Part shown: positions 17,182 through 29,199 of the stretch, piece by piece
How the letters are laid out: the number at the start of each line of letters is the position of its first letter
Numbering within the stretch: position 1 is the first letter of the stretch
DNA from: Candidatus Methylomirabilis sp.
Lineage (GTDB): Bacteria; Methylomirabilota; Methylomirabilia; Methylomirabilales; 2-02-FULL-66-22
DNA length: 47,845 nucleotides
Direction of reading: 5' to 3'
Assembly (NCBI GenBank): GCA_037442485.1
Contig: JBBIQE010000006.1
Span: 1 to 47,845, forward strand
Program-made: the position numbers and the translations under genes
Notes under the pieces: generated by a model
Told to the model about the DNA's origin: nothing
What the model saw: the letters and a program-made list of their open reading frames with translations, nothing else
The model's database searches: none

Positions 17182-17215
17182 ACCAAATCCCAATAACCAA
17201 ATCCCAATTCCCAAT
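17182..17215. repeat. Tandem 14-nt-period repeat ACCAAATCCCAAT(A) x2 plus a partial third copy
   Basis: ACCAAATCCCAAT occurs at 17182-17194 and 17196-17208, then TCCCAAT at 17209-17215. Its reverse complement ATTGGGATTTGGT matches ATTGGGGTTTGGT at 17719-17731 in 12 of 13 positions. Confidence 0.8.
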
Positions 17216-17277
17216 GGATTCCGTCCTCGGTTGGGTGTACGCTTCCGCGACGATCCAACTTCACAAGGAGGGGCGCC

Positions 17278-17661
17278 ATGACACGGCCGAACAACCGAGA
17301 GATTCCGTACGATATCAAGCAGCGAACTTTTCTGTTTGCCCTCCGGATCGTTCAACTTGTCGGAAAGCTTCCACGGACTGTTGCCGGTGTCGAAATCGGG
17401 CGCCAGTTGCTCCGGGCAGGGACGTCTGTCGGATCGAACGTCGAGGAAGCCGACGGTTCGGTCTCGCGGAAGGACTTCGCGAACCATATTCGAATCGCGC
17501 GGAAGGAGGCCCGTGAGTCTCGATTCTGGCTGGCTCTCATCGAGGCGGCGAGCCTGCGGCGCGATCCCGATCTGCCCGAGCTCCGAACCGAGGCGGACGA
17601 ACTGGTTCGCATCCTGAGCAAGATCGCCTCCAAAGCTGGAGGGATGACCAATGACGGATGA
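17278..17661 (+). CDS. Four-helix-bundle protein (23S rRNA intervening-sequence protein / Avd-like family)
   Basis: 127 aa, AGGAGG 6 nt before the ATG. Family-typical segments FLFALRIVQLVGKLP, GRQLLRAGTSVGSNVEEADGSVSRKDF and IARKEARESRFWLALI. It is the only plus-strand gene within 33 kb of minus-strand genes. Confidence 0.88.
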   Translation: MTRPNNREIPYDIKQRTFLFALRIVQLVGKLPRTVAGVEIGRQLLRAGTSVGSNVEEADGSVSRKDFANHIRIARKEARESRFWLALIEAASLRRDPDLPELRTEADELVRILSKIASKAGGMTNDG

Positions 17662-17731
17662 CCAATGAACCCGTGGACATGTCATGGCTGAACCCCGACT
17701 CTAGGTTGGTCATTGGTCATTGGGGTTTGGT
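17643..17731. repeat. Inverted and tandem repeats spanning the convergent ends of the four-helix-bundle gene and pilS
   Basis: GATGACCAATGA occurs at 17643-17654 and 17657-17668 (14-nt period). Its inverted copy TCATTGGTCATT lies at 17710-17721 (11/12). ATTGGGGTTTGGT at 17719-17731 is the inverted partner of the 17182-17208 repeats. The stop codons of both genes lie inside this structure. Confidence 0.75.
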
Positions 17732-19505
17732 CATTGACGGCTGCCGGCGCCCGGCGCAGCCAGAGGCGGAAGGTGGTCCCGGCGTTCAACCGGCTCGTCA
17801 CCTGGATGCGACCGCCCATGCTCTCCAGCATCCGGCGGGCAATCGCCAGTCCGAGGCCCGTTCCGGACACCCGGGTCGTGTAGAAGGGATCGAAGATCCG
17901 CTCCAGCTCCTGCGAGGCGATCCCCCGCCCCGTGTCCTGGAAGGCGACCTCCACCCACTCCCCCGTCGGCTGGCACTCGGGCGCACCCAGGGGGGACCCG
18001 GCAACCTGGCGCTCTGGGAAGGCTCCTGGTTGCCCGGTTGCCGGAGTGCCGGATTGCCCCGAAGCGAGCCGAATGGCGACCGAGAGGGTGCCGCCCTCCG
18101 GCATGGCCTGGGCGGCGTTGAGGCAGAGGTTCCACACCACCTGCCGCAACTGATCCGCATCGCCCAGGACGTGTAGATCCGGCGGATCCTCCGTCACCGT
18201 CCAGGTTGTGGCCGGGTGCCACTCGCTGCTCTTGGCCAGGAGGAGCAGCGTCTCCTCCAGAAGCGGCCGCAGCGGGCAGGGGCGGACGAGGAGCGGCTGG
18301 GGTTTGGCGAAGTCCAGGAACTGCCCCGTGATCAGCTTGAGGCGGCGCGCCTCGCGCAGGATGATCTCCAGGAGCGCGCGATTCTCCTCCGGGATCGCCC
18401 CGTCCTCGCGCAGCATCTCGACGGAGCCGCTGATGGCCGCCAGGGGGTTCCGGATCTCGTGGGCGATGTTGGCGGCCAGTTGTCCCAGGACGGCGAGGCG
18501 GTCCGCACGGCGGAGCTGCTCCTCCACCTGCTTGCGCTCGGTGAGGTCCTGGAAGATGGCCACCACCCCCACCGCCTTGCCGTCCTCGCCGCGCAGGGGG
18601 GAGCAGGCCATGCCCACCGGGATGGCCCGGCCGTCCCGCCGCGCGAGATAGACCTCCGCCGTCAGGGCCGGCGCAGGTGCATCCGGCTGCGCGAAGAACT
18701 CCGCCAGGGGAGGGCAGACGGCGAACGGCGTCTCCTGCCAAGGGCGGTCGCGCACCTCGTCGAAGGGGTAGCCCGTGATCCGCGTCGCCGCCTCGTTGAA
18801 GGCGATCACGCGGCCGGAGAGGTCGAGGGTGAGGAGTCCGCTGGAGATGTTGGCCACGATCGCCTGGTGCAGGCTCTGGAGGTTGCGGAGGTCCAGGCCG
18901 CGCCGCTCCAGCTCCTGCCCCGCCAGCCGGAGGCGGTCCACCAGGTGGCTGCTCAAGATCGCCACGGCCAGGAACGCCACGGAGTTGATGAGGACCTGGT
19001 ACACCGCATAGCCGGCGGGCCGGAGGGGGACCGAGGAGGCCTGAAACTCGGCCGGAGGAACGAGGCCCGTCCACTCGGCCGCCATGAGGGTGGCGTACAG
19101 CCCGCTGCTCAGGACCGCCACCGTAAGGCTCCCCCGGCGCTCCAGCAGGTTGGCGGCCGCGAAGATCACGAAGATGTACATGAAGGGGAAGGCCGAATCC
19201 AGGCCCCCGGTGAAATGGACCAGCACCGTGACCAGCAGCAGATCGAGCCCCAGTTGCGCCACGCCCTGCAGCCGAAGATGACGCTGGCTGCGGAGGGCGA
19301 GCAGGTAGAGCAGGGAGAGGCCAAAGGTCAGGCCCAGCAGGCCGTACAGGGGGGAGGTCGGAAAGGGCAGGCGCTGGTGCAGGTCCAGGACGACGGCCGA
19401 GCCGAGGAGGACCGAGGCCAGCAGGAGCCGAAGGCCGGTGAGCCACTTGAGCTTCGGCAGCATGCCGGGCGCCGCCGCGAGCCGATCCTGCGCTGTCTCC
19501 TCCAC
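17682..19505 (-). CDS. pilS: Sensor histidine kinase (PilS-type: N-terminal multi-TM domain, PAS, HisKA, HATPase_c)
   Basis: 607 aa. Hydrophobic N-terminal about 190 aa. H-box HEIRNPLAAISGS, N-box NLCLNAAQAM, G1 DTGRGI, G2 GTGLGLAI. GTG start 19505 is preceded by GGGGGAGAGG. Confidence 0.9.
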   Translation of the reverse strand: MEETAQDRLAAAPGMLPKLKWLTGLRLLLASVLLGSAVVLDLHQRLPFPTSPLYGLLGLTFGLSLLYLLALRSQRHLRLQGVAQLGLDLLLVTVLVHFTGGLDSAFPFMYIFVIFAAANLLERRGSLTVAVLSSGLYATLMAAEWTGLVPPAEFQASSVPLRPAGYAVYQVLINSVAFLAVAILSSHLVDRLRLAGQELERRGLDLRNLQSLHQAIVANISSGLLTLDLSGRVIAFNEAATRITGYPFDEVRDRPWQETPFAVCPPLAEFFAQPDAPAPALTAEVYLARRDGRAIPVGMACSPLRGEDGKAVGVVAIFQDLTERKQVEEQLRRADRLAVLGQLAANIAHEIRNPLAAISGSVEMLREDGAIPEENRALLEIILREARRLKLITGQFLDFAKPQPLLVRPCPLRPLLEETLLLLAKSSEWHPATTWTVTEDPPDLHVLGDADQLRQVVWNLCLNAAQAMPEGGTLSVAIRLASGQSGTPATGQPGAFPERQVAGSPLGAPECQPTGEWVEVAFQDTGRGIASQELERIFDPFYTTRVSGTGLGLAIARRMLESMGGRIQVTSRLNAGTTFRLWLRRAPAAVNDQTPMTNDQPRVGVQP

Positions 19506-19522
19506 GGATCGCCTCTCCCCCC

Positions 19523-19555
19523 GAAAGGAAAACGGGGGCCGCAGGGGCGGCCCCC
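19523..19555 (-). terminator. Rho-independent terminator after pilC
   Basis: The minus strand reads GGGGGCCGC-CCCT-GCGGCCCCC followed by GTTTTCCTTTC: a 9-bp GC stem, a 4-nt loop and a U-rich tail. It starts about 24 nt after the pilC TAG. Confidence 0.7.
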
Positions 19556-19578
19556 GATGGCCTCCGGACCCTGCGCCG

Positions 19579-20784
19579 CTACCTTCCCACCACCGTAACG
19601 AGCTTGAAGATGGGCAGGTACATCGCGATGACCACCCCGCCGATGACCACGCCCAGGAAGACCATGAGCATAGGCTCCAGCAGCGAGGTCAGGTTCCCCA
19701 CGGCCGTGTCCACCTCCTCGTCGTAGAAGTCGGCGATCTTGCCCAGCATGGCGTCCAGGGCCCCCGTCTGCTCCCCCACGGCGATCATCTGCACCACCAT
19801 GGGCGGAAAGACCCCCGAGGCCTTCAGGGGCTCGGCGATGGTCTTCCCCTCGGCGATGGAGGCCCGGGTTCGGAGGATCGCCCCCTCCACCACCTTGTTC
19901 CCCGCGGTGCGGGCCGTGATCTCCAGGCCGTCCAGGATGGCCACGCCGCTGCTGATCAGCGTGCCCAGGGTGCGGGTGAACTTGGCCACGGCCACCTTGC
20001 GGATCAGGATCCCGAAGACCGGCGTCTTCAAGAGAAAGGTGTCCACCGCCAGCTTCCCCGCGGCCGTCCTGTACCAGAGCCGGAAGGCCACGATCAGCCC
20101 CACGATGGCCCCGATCCCCGCCAGGAAGTAGGTCCGGACGATGCGGGAGAGGTCCAGGACGATCTGGGTCGGCAGCGGCAGGGCGGCCCCGAAGCCCTCG
20201 AACATGGACTTGAAGGTCGGAATCACGAAGACCAGCAGGAAGATCACCACCACCAGCGCCACCGAGACGATGGTCGTGGGGTAGATCATGGCCGACTTGA
20301 CCTTTTTCTTCAAGGCCATGGCCTTCTCCATGTAGACCGCCAGCCGGTTCAGGATGGTGTCCAGGATGCCGCCCGCCTCCCCGGCCTCCACCATGTTGGC
20401 GTAGAGGGAGCTGAAGACCTTGGGGTGCTGCTTCAGGGCGGCGGCAAAGGTGAGGCCGCCCTCTACCGATTGCCGGATCTCGGTGAGGGTCTTCTTGAAG
20501 ACCTTGTTCTCCTGCTGCGCGGCCAGGATCTCCAGGCACTGGACCAGGGGGAGGCCCGCGTCGATCATGGTGGCGAACTGGCGGGTGAAGACCACGATCT
20601 CTTTTTCGGTCACGCCGCCGCCGAAGCCGGGGATGGTGATCTCCCGGGGCTTGGCCCGCACGTTGGTGGCGATGATCTGCTGCGAGCGGAGCTTGGCGAC
20701 CACGGCCTCCCGGGTGGCCGCCTCCATCTCCCCCGTGATGCTCTGCCCGCCCCGGGTGCGTCCGGTGTAGACGAAGACCGCCAT
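19579..20784 (-). CDS. pilC: Type IV pilus platform protein (GspF/PilC family)
   Basis: 401 aa from ATG 20784 (AAGGAGAGG upstream). The sequence MAVFVYTGRTRGGQSITGEMEA... is typical of PilC N-termini. Two T2SS-F repeats with three TM segments. The ORF-track extension to 21159 overlaps pilT. Confidence 0.93.
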   Translation of the reverse strand: MAVFVYTGRTRGGQSITGEMEAATREAVVAKLRSQQIIATNVRAKPREITIPGFGGGVTEKEIVVFTRQFATMIDAGLPLVQCLEILAAQQENKVFKKTLTEIRQSVEGGLTFAAALKQHPKVFSSLYANMVEAGEAGGILDTILNRLAVYMEKAMALKKKVKSAMIYPTTIVSVALVVVIFLLVFVIPTFKSMFEGFGAALPLPTQIVLDLSRIVRTYFLAGIGAIVGLIVAFRLWYRTAAGKLAVDTFLLKTPVFGILIRKVAVAKFTRTLGTLISSGVAILDGLEITARTAGNKVVEGAILRTRASIAEGKTIAEPLKASGVFPPMVVQMIAVGEQTGALDAMLGKIADFYDEEVDTAVGNLTSLLEPMLMVFLGVVIGGVVIAMYLPIFKLVTVVGR

Positions 20785-20840
20785 GCGCCTCTCCTTCTCT
20801 CCTCGCGCCGCCGTGCCTCCCCCGCCGCAGGGGCCCTCCG

Positions 20841-21953
20841 CTAGCGCCGCCCCCCCAGCCCCGCTCCGCCATAGGTCGACTGGCCGGTCTGGGCCCGCTG
20901 CATCATCTGCAGGAGCTCGTCGGGCTGCGTGGAGGCCGCCAGGGCCTGCTCGGCCGTGATGTTGCGCCGGAGGTAGTGCTGCAGCAGCGACTCGTTCATG
21001 GTCTGCATGCCGGACTTCTCCTTGCCGGCCTGCATCATGCCGTAGATCTGGTGCAACTTGTCCTCGCGGATCAGGTTCCGGATGGCGGCGTTGGGGATCA
21101 TGATCTCCAGGGCCAGGACGCGGCCCTGGCCGTTGGCCCGCCGCAGCAGCATCTGGCACAACACCCCCTCGAGCACGAAGGAGAGCTGGGCCCGGATCTG
21201 GGGTTGCTGGTGCGGGGGGAAGACGTCAATGATGCGGTTGATGGTCTGCACGGTCGAGTTGGTGTGCAGCGTGCCGAAGGTCAGGTGTCCGGTCTCGGCG
21301 ATGGTGAGCGCCGCCTCGATGGTCTCCAGGTCCCGCATCTCGCCGATCAGCACCTTGTCGGGGTCCTGGCGCAGCACGGACTTCAGGGCGGCCTTGAAAG
21401 AGTAGGTGTCGGCGTGCAGCTCCCGCTGGTTGACCACGCACTTCTTGTGCAGGTGGACGTACTCGATGGGATCCTCGATGGTGACGATGTGCTCCGCCTT
21501 CTCGCGGTTGATCTTGTCGATCATGGTGGCCAGCGTGGTCGATTTGCCCGAGCCCGTGGGGCCCGTCACCAGGATGAGCCCCTTGGGCCGCTCGCACAGG
21601 TCGGCCACCACCTTGGGCAGCCCCAGCTCCTCGAAGGTCAGGATCTTGTACGGGATGGTCCGGATGGCGACCGCCACGGCCCCCCGCTGGACGAAGACGT
21701 TGGCCCGGAAGCGGCTGAGCCCCTTCACGCCGAAGGAGAGGTCCAGCTCCTTCTGCTCCTCGAACTTCTGCTTCTGCACATCGGTGAGGATGCTGTAGGC
21801 CATGCTCTTGGTCTCGGCCGGGCTGAGGGGCTGGGATCCCACGGGGGTCAGGTGCCCGTGCAGGCGGATCATGGGGGGGATGCCGGTGGTGATGTGCAGG
21901 TCCGAGGCCCCCTTGTCAATCATCTCCTTCAGCAGCTCGTGCAGGTTTGGCAT
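20841..21953 (-). CDS. pilT: Twitching-motility retraction ATPase
   Basis: 370 aa. Walker A GPTGSGKST. PilT signature AIRNLIREDKLHQI. The N-terminus MPNLHELLKEMIDKGASDLHI is typical. Confidence 0.95.
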   Translation of the reverse strand: MPNLHELLKEMIDKGASDLHITTGIPPMIRLHGHLTPVGSQPLSPAETKSMAYSILTDVQKQKFEEQKELDLSFGVKGLSRFRANVFVQRGAVAVAIRTIPYKILTFEELGLPKVVADLCERPKGLILVTGPTGSGKSTTLATMIDKINREKAEHIVTIEDPIEYVHLHKKCVVNQRELHADTYSFKAALKSVLRQDPDKVLIGEMRDLETIEAALTIAETGHLTFGTLHTNSTVQTINRIIDVFPPHQQPQIRAQLSFVLEGVLCQMLLRRANGQGRVLALEIMIPNAAIRNLIREDKLHQIYGMMQAGKEKSGMQTMNESLLQHYLRRNITAEQALAASTQPDELLQMMQRAQTGQSTYGGAGLGGRR

Positions 21954-21967
21954 GCCATTGCCCTCGG

Positions 21968-23671
<1,704 letters not shown>

Positions 23672-23743
23672 GAGCTCCCTCGGTGCAGCGTCCCGCCCGC
23701 CCCGTCGGGGGGAAACATCATGTTAGCCGTCCGCCCCTGCTTG

Positions 23744-24616
23744 TCAAGGGAAAACTCCCCCCGGGGGGAGCCCCAGGGCCTCCCGCATCGCCCGAACGGG
23801 CGCGGGCCTGCCCGTCCACCGCTCGAAGGTCAGGGCCCCCTGCCGGACCAGCATGGGCAGTCCGTTTCCCGACCGGCACCCCTGCGCCCGAGCGGCCCGC
23901 AGGAGGGGAGTCTCCGCCGGGTTGTAGATCAGGTCGCAAACCGCGATGGCCTCGGACAGGCTGGCGTAGTCGAAGAGCGGCGGATCGCTGGGCTGAAGCC
24001 CCACGGAGGTCGTATTGACCACCAGCCGGATTTCGGGCACTTCGGAAACCTTCCAGCCAAGATGCAAGGGCTGGGCCGTGACCTGACAGTCCGGATAGTG
24101 CGCGGCCACGAGCGTGGCCAGACGATTCGCCCGCCCGAGGCTGCGATTCACGAGAACGAGGCGGCGGGCGCCGGCCCTGGCCAGGCTCATCGCCACGGCT
24201 CGGGCGGCCCCGCCCGCCCCCAGGATCGCCGCGCTGAGACCCTGCGGATCACACCCCAGCTCCTCGCGCAGGGCGGCGAGAAACCCGGCGCCGTCGGTGT
24301 TGTCTCCCACGAGCCTGCCGTCCCGGGGCACGACCGTGTTGACAGCCCCCACCGCCTCGGCCTCGGGGGTGAGGTCGTCGAGGAGGGGAAGGATGGCCTC
24401 CTTGTGGGGGATGGTCACGTTGGCGCCGAGCAGGTTCTCCATGGCGCGCAGTCCCTGGATGGCCGCGGCCAAACGCTCCGGCGGGACGGCCCACGGCAGG
24501 TAAACGGCGTTCAGCCCGGCGGCCGCAAAGGCCGCCTGGTGCAGGAGCGGGGACAGGCTGTGGCCCACGGGGTGGCCCAGGACGAAGGCCAGCTTGGTGT
24601 GGCCGTCAATGCGCAC
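23744..24616 (-). CDS. aroE: Shikimate dehydrogenase
   Basis: 290 aa, GTG start after GGAGGGG. Motifs GHSLSPLLHQAAF and NADP-binding GAGGAARAV. Confidence 0.9.
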   Translation of the reverse strand: MRIDGHTKLAFVLGHPVGHSLSPLLHQAAFAAAGLNAVYLPWAVPPERLAAAIQGLRAMENLLGANVTIPHKEAILPLLDDLTPEAEAVGAVNTVVPRDGRLVGDNTDGAGFLAALREELGCDPQGLSAAILGAGGAARAVAMSLARAGARRLVLVNRSLGRANRLATLVAAHYPDCQVTAQPLHLGWKVSEVPEIRLVVNTTSVGLQPSDPPLFDYASLSEAIAVCDLIYNPAETPLLRAARAQGCRSGNGLPMLVRQGALTFERWTGRPAPVRAMREALGLPPGGVFP

Positions 24617-24729
24617 GGCCCCTCCGGAGAAATGGCACTCGGGCAGCCGGGCACTCAGACAATCTGCGCATCGAAAAGCCAGGGGATCCTGGTTGCCGGC
24701 GTGCCCAGTCGCCAGATTGCCAGGGCGGA

Positions 24730-27546
24730 TTAGGCGATCCCTTCGGCGATGGCGCGGGTGAGGGTCTCGCGGATCGCCTCCATCCGGGGACCCTCGGCCA
24801 CCTTGCTCCCGTCCTTCTCGGTGACGTAGAAGACGTCCATGGCCTGATCCACCTCCGTGGCGATCTTGGCCAGGGTCACGTCCAGGTCCATCTCCGAGAG
24901 CGTGCTGGTGATCACGTACAGCAGCCCCAGGCGGTCCTGGGCGCGGACGTCAATCACCGTGTAGCGGTCCGAAACGACGTTGTCGAACTCGACCCGCGTG
25001 TGGAGCTCGCCGCCCCGGGGGATCGGCTTGGCCAGGAGGTCGCGCCGGCGATCCTTGATCAGCGCTCGCACATTCACCTGGTCCAGGATGACCTGCTTCA
25101 GATCCCGCGCGAAGCGGTGCCACACCGTCTCATCCTCCAGGGCGGCGCCCCGGCCGTCGCTCACCTGGAAGGTGCGGATGAAGACCCCGTCGGCCCGGCT
25201 GAAGAGCTGCGCCGAGAGGATGTTGATCCCGTTGGCGGTGAGGGTCCCGACGACCTTGGCGAAGCGCCCGGGGGCCCCCGGCGCGCACACCGCCACCTCG
25301 GAGTATCCCGCCATGGGGTACGCGGTCCAGCGGACCGCCACCGGCTCGCCGCGGCGGACCTGCTCGATGAGCTCCAGGTGCTGCGCCACCCTGGTGCTGC
25401 TGGTGGTCAGGACATAGCGGAGGGGCATGAGGTCCAGGTGCTGGCGCACCAGCCCGGCGCCGAACTCCGGACCCAGCTCCGCCACCAGGGCCGCGCCCCG
25501 GGCGGCGGCCTTGCGCTGCTCCTCCTCCCCCTCGGGGACGCCGCGGGTGAGGATGGTATGGGTCTTGATGAACAGCTCCCAGAGCAGGGTCCCCTTCCAG
25601 TCGGTCCACACCTGGGGGCCCACGGCGTTGATGTCCAGGTAGGTGAGCAGGTACAGCATCTTCAGCAGGTCCTCGTCCCCCACCAGGCGCGCGAACTCGA
25701 TGATGAGCCGCTCGTCATCCAGGTCCCGGCGTTCGGCGATGTGCGCCATGCTGAGGTGCTGGGCCACCAGGAACTTCACGTCGGCGATGTCCGCCTCGGC
25801 CAGGCCCATGCGGGCGAGCGCCTGCTCGGCGAGCGAGACGCCGCGCTCCACGTGGCCGTGCCCCTCCCCCTTGCCGATGTCGTGGAGGAGGATGGCCAGC
25901 TTCAGGATCTCCGGCTTCTTCAGCTCGCCGGCGATGCGCCGGAACTCCTGCAAGCGGGGATCCACGGTGTCGGCCAGCCCTTCCAGGTGATCCAGCAGGA
26001 CGAAGGTGTGCTCGTCCACCGTGTAGCGGTGGTAGTGATCGAACTGCACCAGGCAGGAGATCCGGGCGAACTCGGGGAGGTAGGCCGGGAGCACGCCCAA
26101 CTGGTGCATCTGGCGCAGGGTGTCGGCCACGCCGCGCGGCGCCTTGAGGATGGCCAGGAAGAATCCCAGGGCCCGGTTCGAGCGCCGGAACTCGTCGTCG
26201 ATCAGGGCCAGGCTGCTCCGGATGGCCCCCTTGGCCTCCGGGGAGAGTTCGTAGCCCATCTGTAGACGGTACCAGAAGATCTTCAGGAGCCGGATCGGAT
26301 CCTCCTGGAAGCAGTGGCGCTGCGTCGGGAGGATGTGGATCTGGCGGTTCAGCTCGGTGAAGTCGTCCCCGATGTCCCGGGCCCGCAGCTTCTTCATCAC
26401 GGCCTCCACGTGGGAGCCGGGGCGGGCCGCGCAGTGCTCGATGAGGCGGCCGGAGAGCTGGTGCAGCGCCCCCGCCCGGAGGTAGTACTGCTGCATGAAC
26501 CGTTCGACCCCGAAGGTCGCCTCATCCCGGAAGCCCAGGTTGGCGGCCACCGGGACCTGCACGGACAGGCTCAGGACGTCGCTCTTGCCGCCGTGCAGAT
26601 AGTGCAGCTCGCTCCGCACGCGCAGCAGGAAGTCCAGCGCCTGCAGGCACTGCGCCAGCTCCACGGGGCTGAGCAGGCCCAGGGCCGGCAGGGCGTGGAG
26701 GTCGTCCAGCCGGTGCCGGGCGCGCGCCACCCAGAGGGCCGTGTGGAAGTCCCGCAACCCGCCGGGACCCTCCTTGACGTTGGGCTCCTGCAGATAGACG
26801 GAGCCCCCGTACTTCTCGTGACGCCGGAGCTGCTCCTGGAGCTTGGCCTGGATGTACTGCTCCGCCCGCCGTCCCTGCAGCGCCCGCCACATCCGCTCCT
26901 GGAAGTCGGCGAAGACCCCGGGATGCCCGGCCAGGAAGCGCGCCTCCAGCATGGAGGTGCGCGCCGTGAGGTCCGCCTCCATCATCTGGAGGGCGTCGTT
27001 CAGGGAGCGGCAGCTATGGCCCACGTCGAAGCCCAGGTCCCACAGGAAGTACAGGACGTGGTTCAGGATCGCTTTGACGTAGCCGTCCAGCCGCCGCGGG
27101 TACAGGAACATCACATCCACGTCCGAGCCCGGATTCAGCTCCCGCCGCCCGTAGCCGCCCAGGGCCGCCACGGCGCAGCCCTCGCTCTCCGCCCTGAGCG
27201 GCGCGGCCACGGACCCGTGGGCCAGGCGGAAGAGCTGGCCGATGAGCGCATCCACCAGGTCCGCGTGCCGGGCCACCACCTCGAGGCCGCTCGAGCCGTC
27301 CCGGTGGGCCGCCTCGATCCGGGCCCGCTCCTCGCCGATGAACGCCTTCACGGCCGGCAGCAGCGCGGCCCGCAGCGCCTCGCCGTCCCCCGGGGGCACG
27401 GCCGGGACCCTGGCCTCCAGCAGGCCCTGGAGGCGGAGGGCCACCTCCGAGTCCGGGCCGTAGGAGATTCCCGGGGCCTCCCGCCTGGTCGGGGCGGGGG
27501 TGCCCCAGCGGAAGAGGCGTGTCAATGCACGGAGCGGATCGGCCAT
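24730..27546 (-). CDS. glnD: [Protein-PII] uridylyltransferase / uridylyl-removing enzyme
   Basis: 938 aa. Nucleotidyltransferase motif GGYGRRELNPGSDVDVMFLY, HD domain (LLHDIGKG), two C-terminal ACT-like domains. Confidence 0.92.
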   Translation of the reverse strand: MADPLRALTRLFRWGTPAPTRREAPGISYGPDSEVALRLQGLLEARVPAVPPGDGEALRAALLPAVKAFIGEERARIEAAHRDGSSGLEVVARHADLVDALIGQLFRLAHGSVAAPLRAESEGCAVAALGGYGRRELNPGSDVDVMFLYPRRLDGYVKAILNHVLYFLWDLGFDVGHSCRSLNDALQMMEADLTARTSMLEARFLAGHPGVFADFQERMWRALQGRRAEQYIQAKLQEQLRRHEKYGGSVYLQEPNVKEGPGGLRDFHTALWVARARHRLDDLHALPALGLLSPVELAQCLQALDFLLRVRSELHYLHGGKSDVLSLSVQVPVAANLGFRDEATFGVERFMQQYYLRAGALHQLSGRLIEHCAARPGSHVEAVMKKLRARDIGDDFTELNRQIHILPTQRHCFQEDPIRLLKIFWYRLQMGYELSPEAKGAIRSSLALIDDEFRRSNRALGFFLAILKAPRGVADTLRQMHQLGVLPAYLPEFARISCLVQFDHYHRYTVDEHTFVLLDHLEGLADTVDPRLQEFRRIAGELKKPEILKLAILLHDIGKGEGHGHVERGVSLAEQALARMGLAEADIADVKFLVAQHLSMAHIAERRDLDDERLIIEFARLVGDEDLLKMLYLLTYLDINAVGPQVWTDWKGTLLWELFIKTHTILTRGVPEGEEEQRKAAARGAALVAELGPEFGAGLVRQHLDLMPLRYVLTTSSTRVAQHLELIEQVRRGEPVAVRWTAYPMAGYSEVAVCAPGAPGRFAKVVGTLTANGINILSAQLFSRADGVFIRTFQVSDGRGAALEDETVWHRFARDLKQVILDQVNVRALIKDRRRDLLAKPIPRGGELHTRVEFDNVVSDRYTVIDVRAQDRLGLLYVITSTLSEMDLDVTLAKIATEVDQAMDVFYVTEKDGSKVAEGPRMEAIRETLTRAIAEGIA

Positions 27547-27594
27547 GACTTCTCCGGATCGTGCGCGGCGGGCGGCCCGCGCGAGACCAAGGGC

Positions 27595-27623
27595 ACTATA
27601 CCGGGGGACAGGGCCCGGGTCAA
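27595..27623 (-). promoter_or_regulatory. Sigma-70-type promoter for glnD
   Basis: The minus strand reads TTGACC (27623-27618), a 17-nt spacer, then TATAGT (27600-27595). This lies about 48 nt upstream of the glnD ATG. Confidence 0.5.
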
Positions 27624-27783
27624 GGCAAGCGGCGCGCTCGCGGCGGTGCCCGCGGCGCCCGAACCCGGGCAGAAGAGGGGAAGAACGGGTCGCGTGGCCG
27701 CGGGGAGGGCCGAGGCGGTCGCGGGCCGACGGACCGGAGGTTCGGGGGGAGAGCCGGGACCTCCGTGGCGGGGGCGGGGGGTC

Positions 27784-29199
<1,416 letters not shown>

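Noticed and set aside
15771-17318. N-terminal extensions of real genes in the ORF track: pilR to 17318, pilC to 21159, amt to 29670, 8169-9251, 6193-8301, SBP to 31810, ATPase to 32706, TauE from 33366, SDR from 34393, rng from 39091, rplU from 41419, DksA-like from 46950.
   Set aside because: The extensions overlap neighbouring genes or repeats and lack family similarity. Internal starts with good Shine-Dalgarno sequences give N-termini typical of each family. The track also renders GTG/TTG starts as M.
17278-17661. Possibility that the four-helix-bundle (Avd-like) gene marks a diversity-generating retroelement.
   Set aside because: No reverse transcriptase gene and no template/variable repeat pair is present anywhere in the window.
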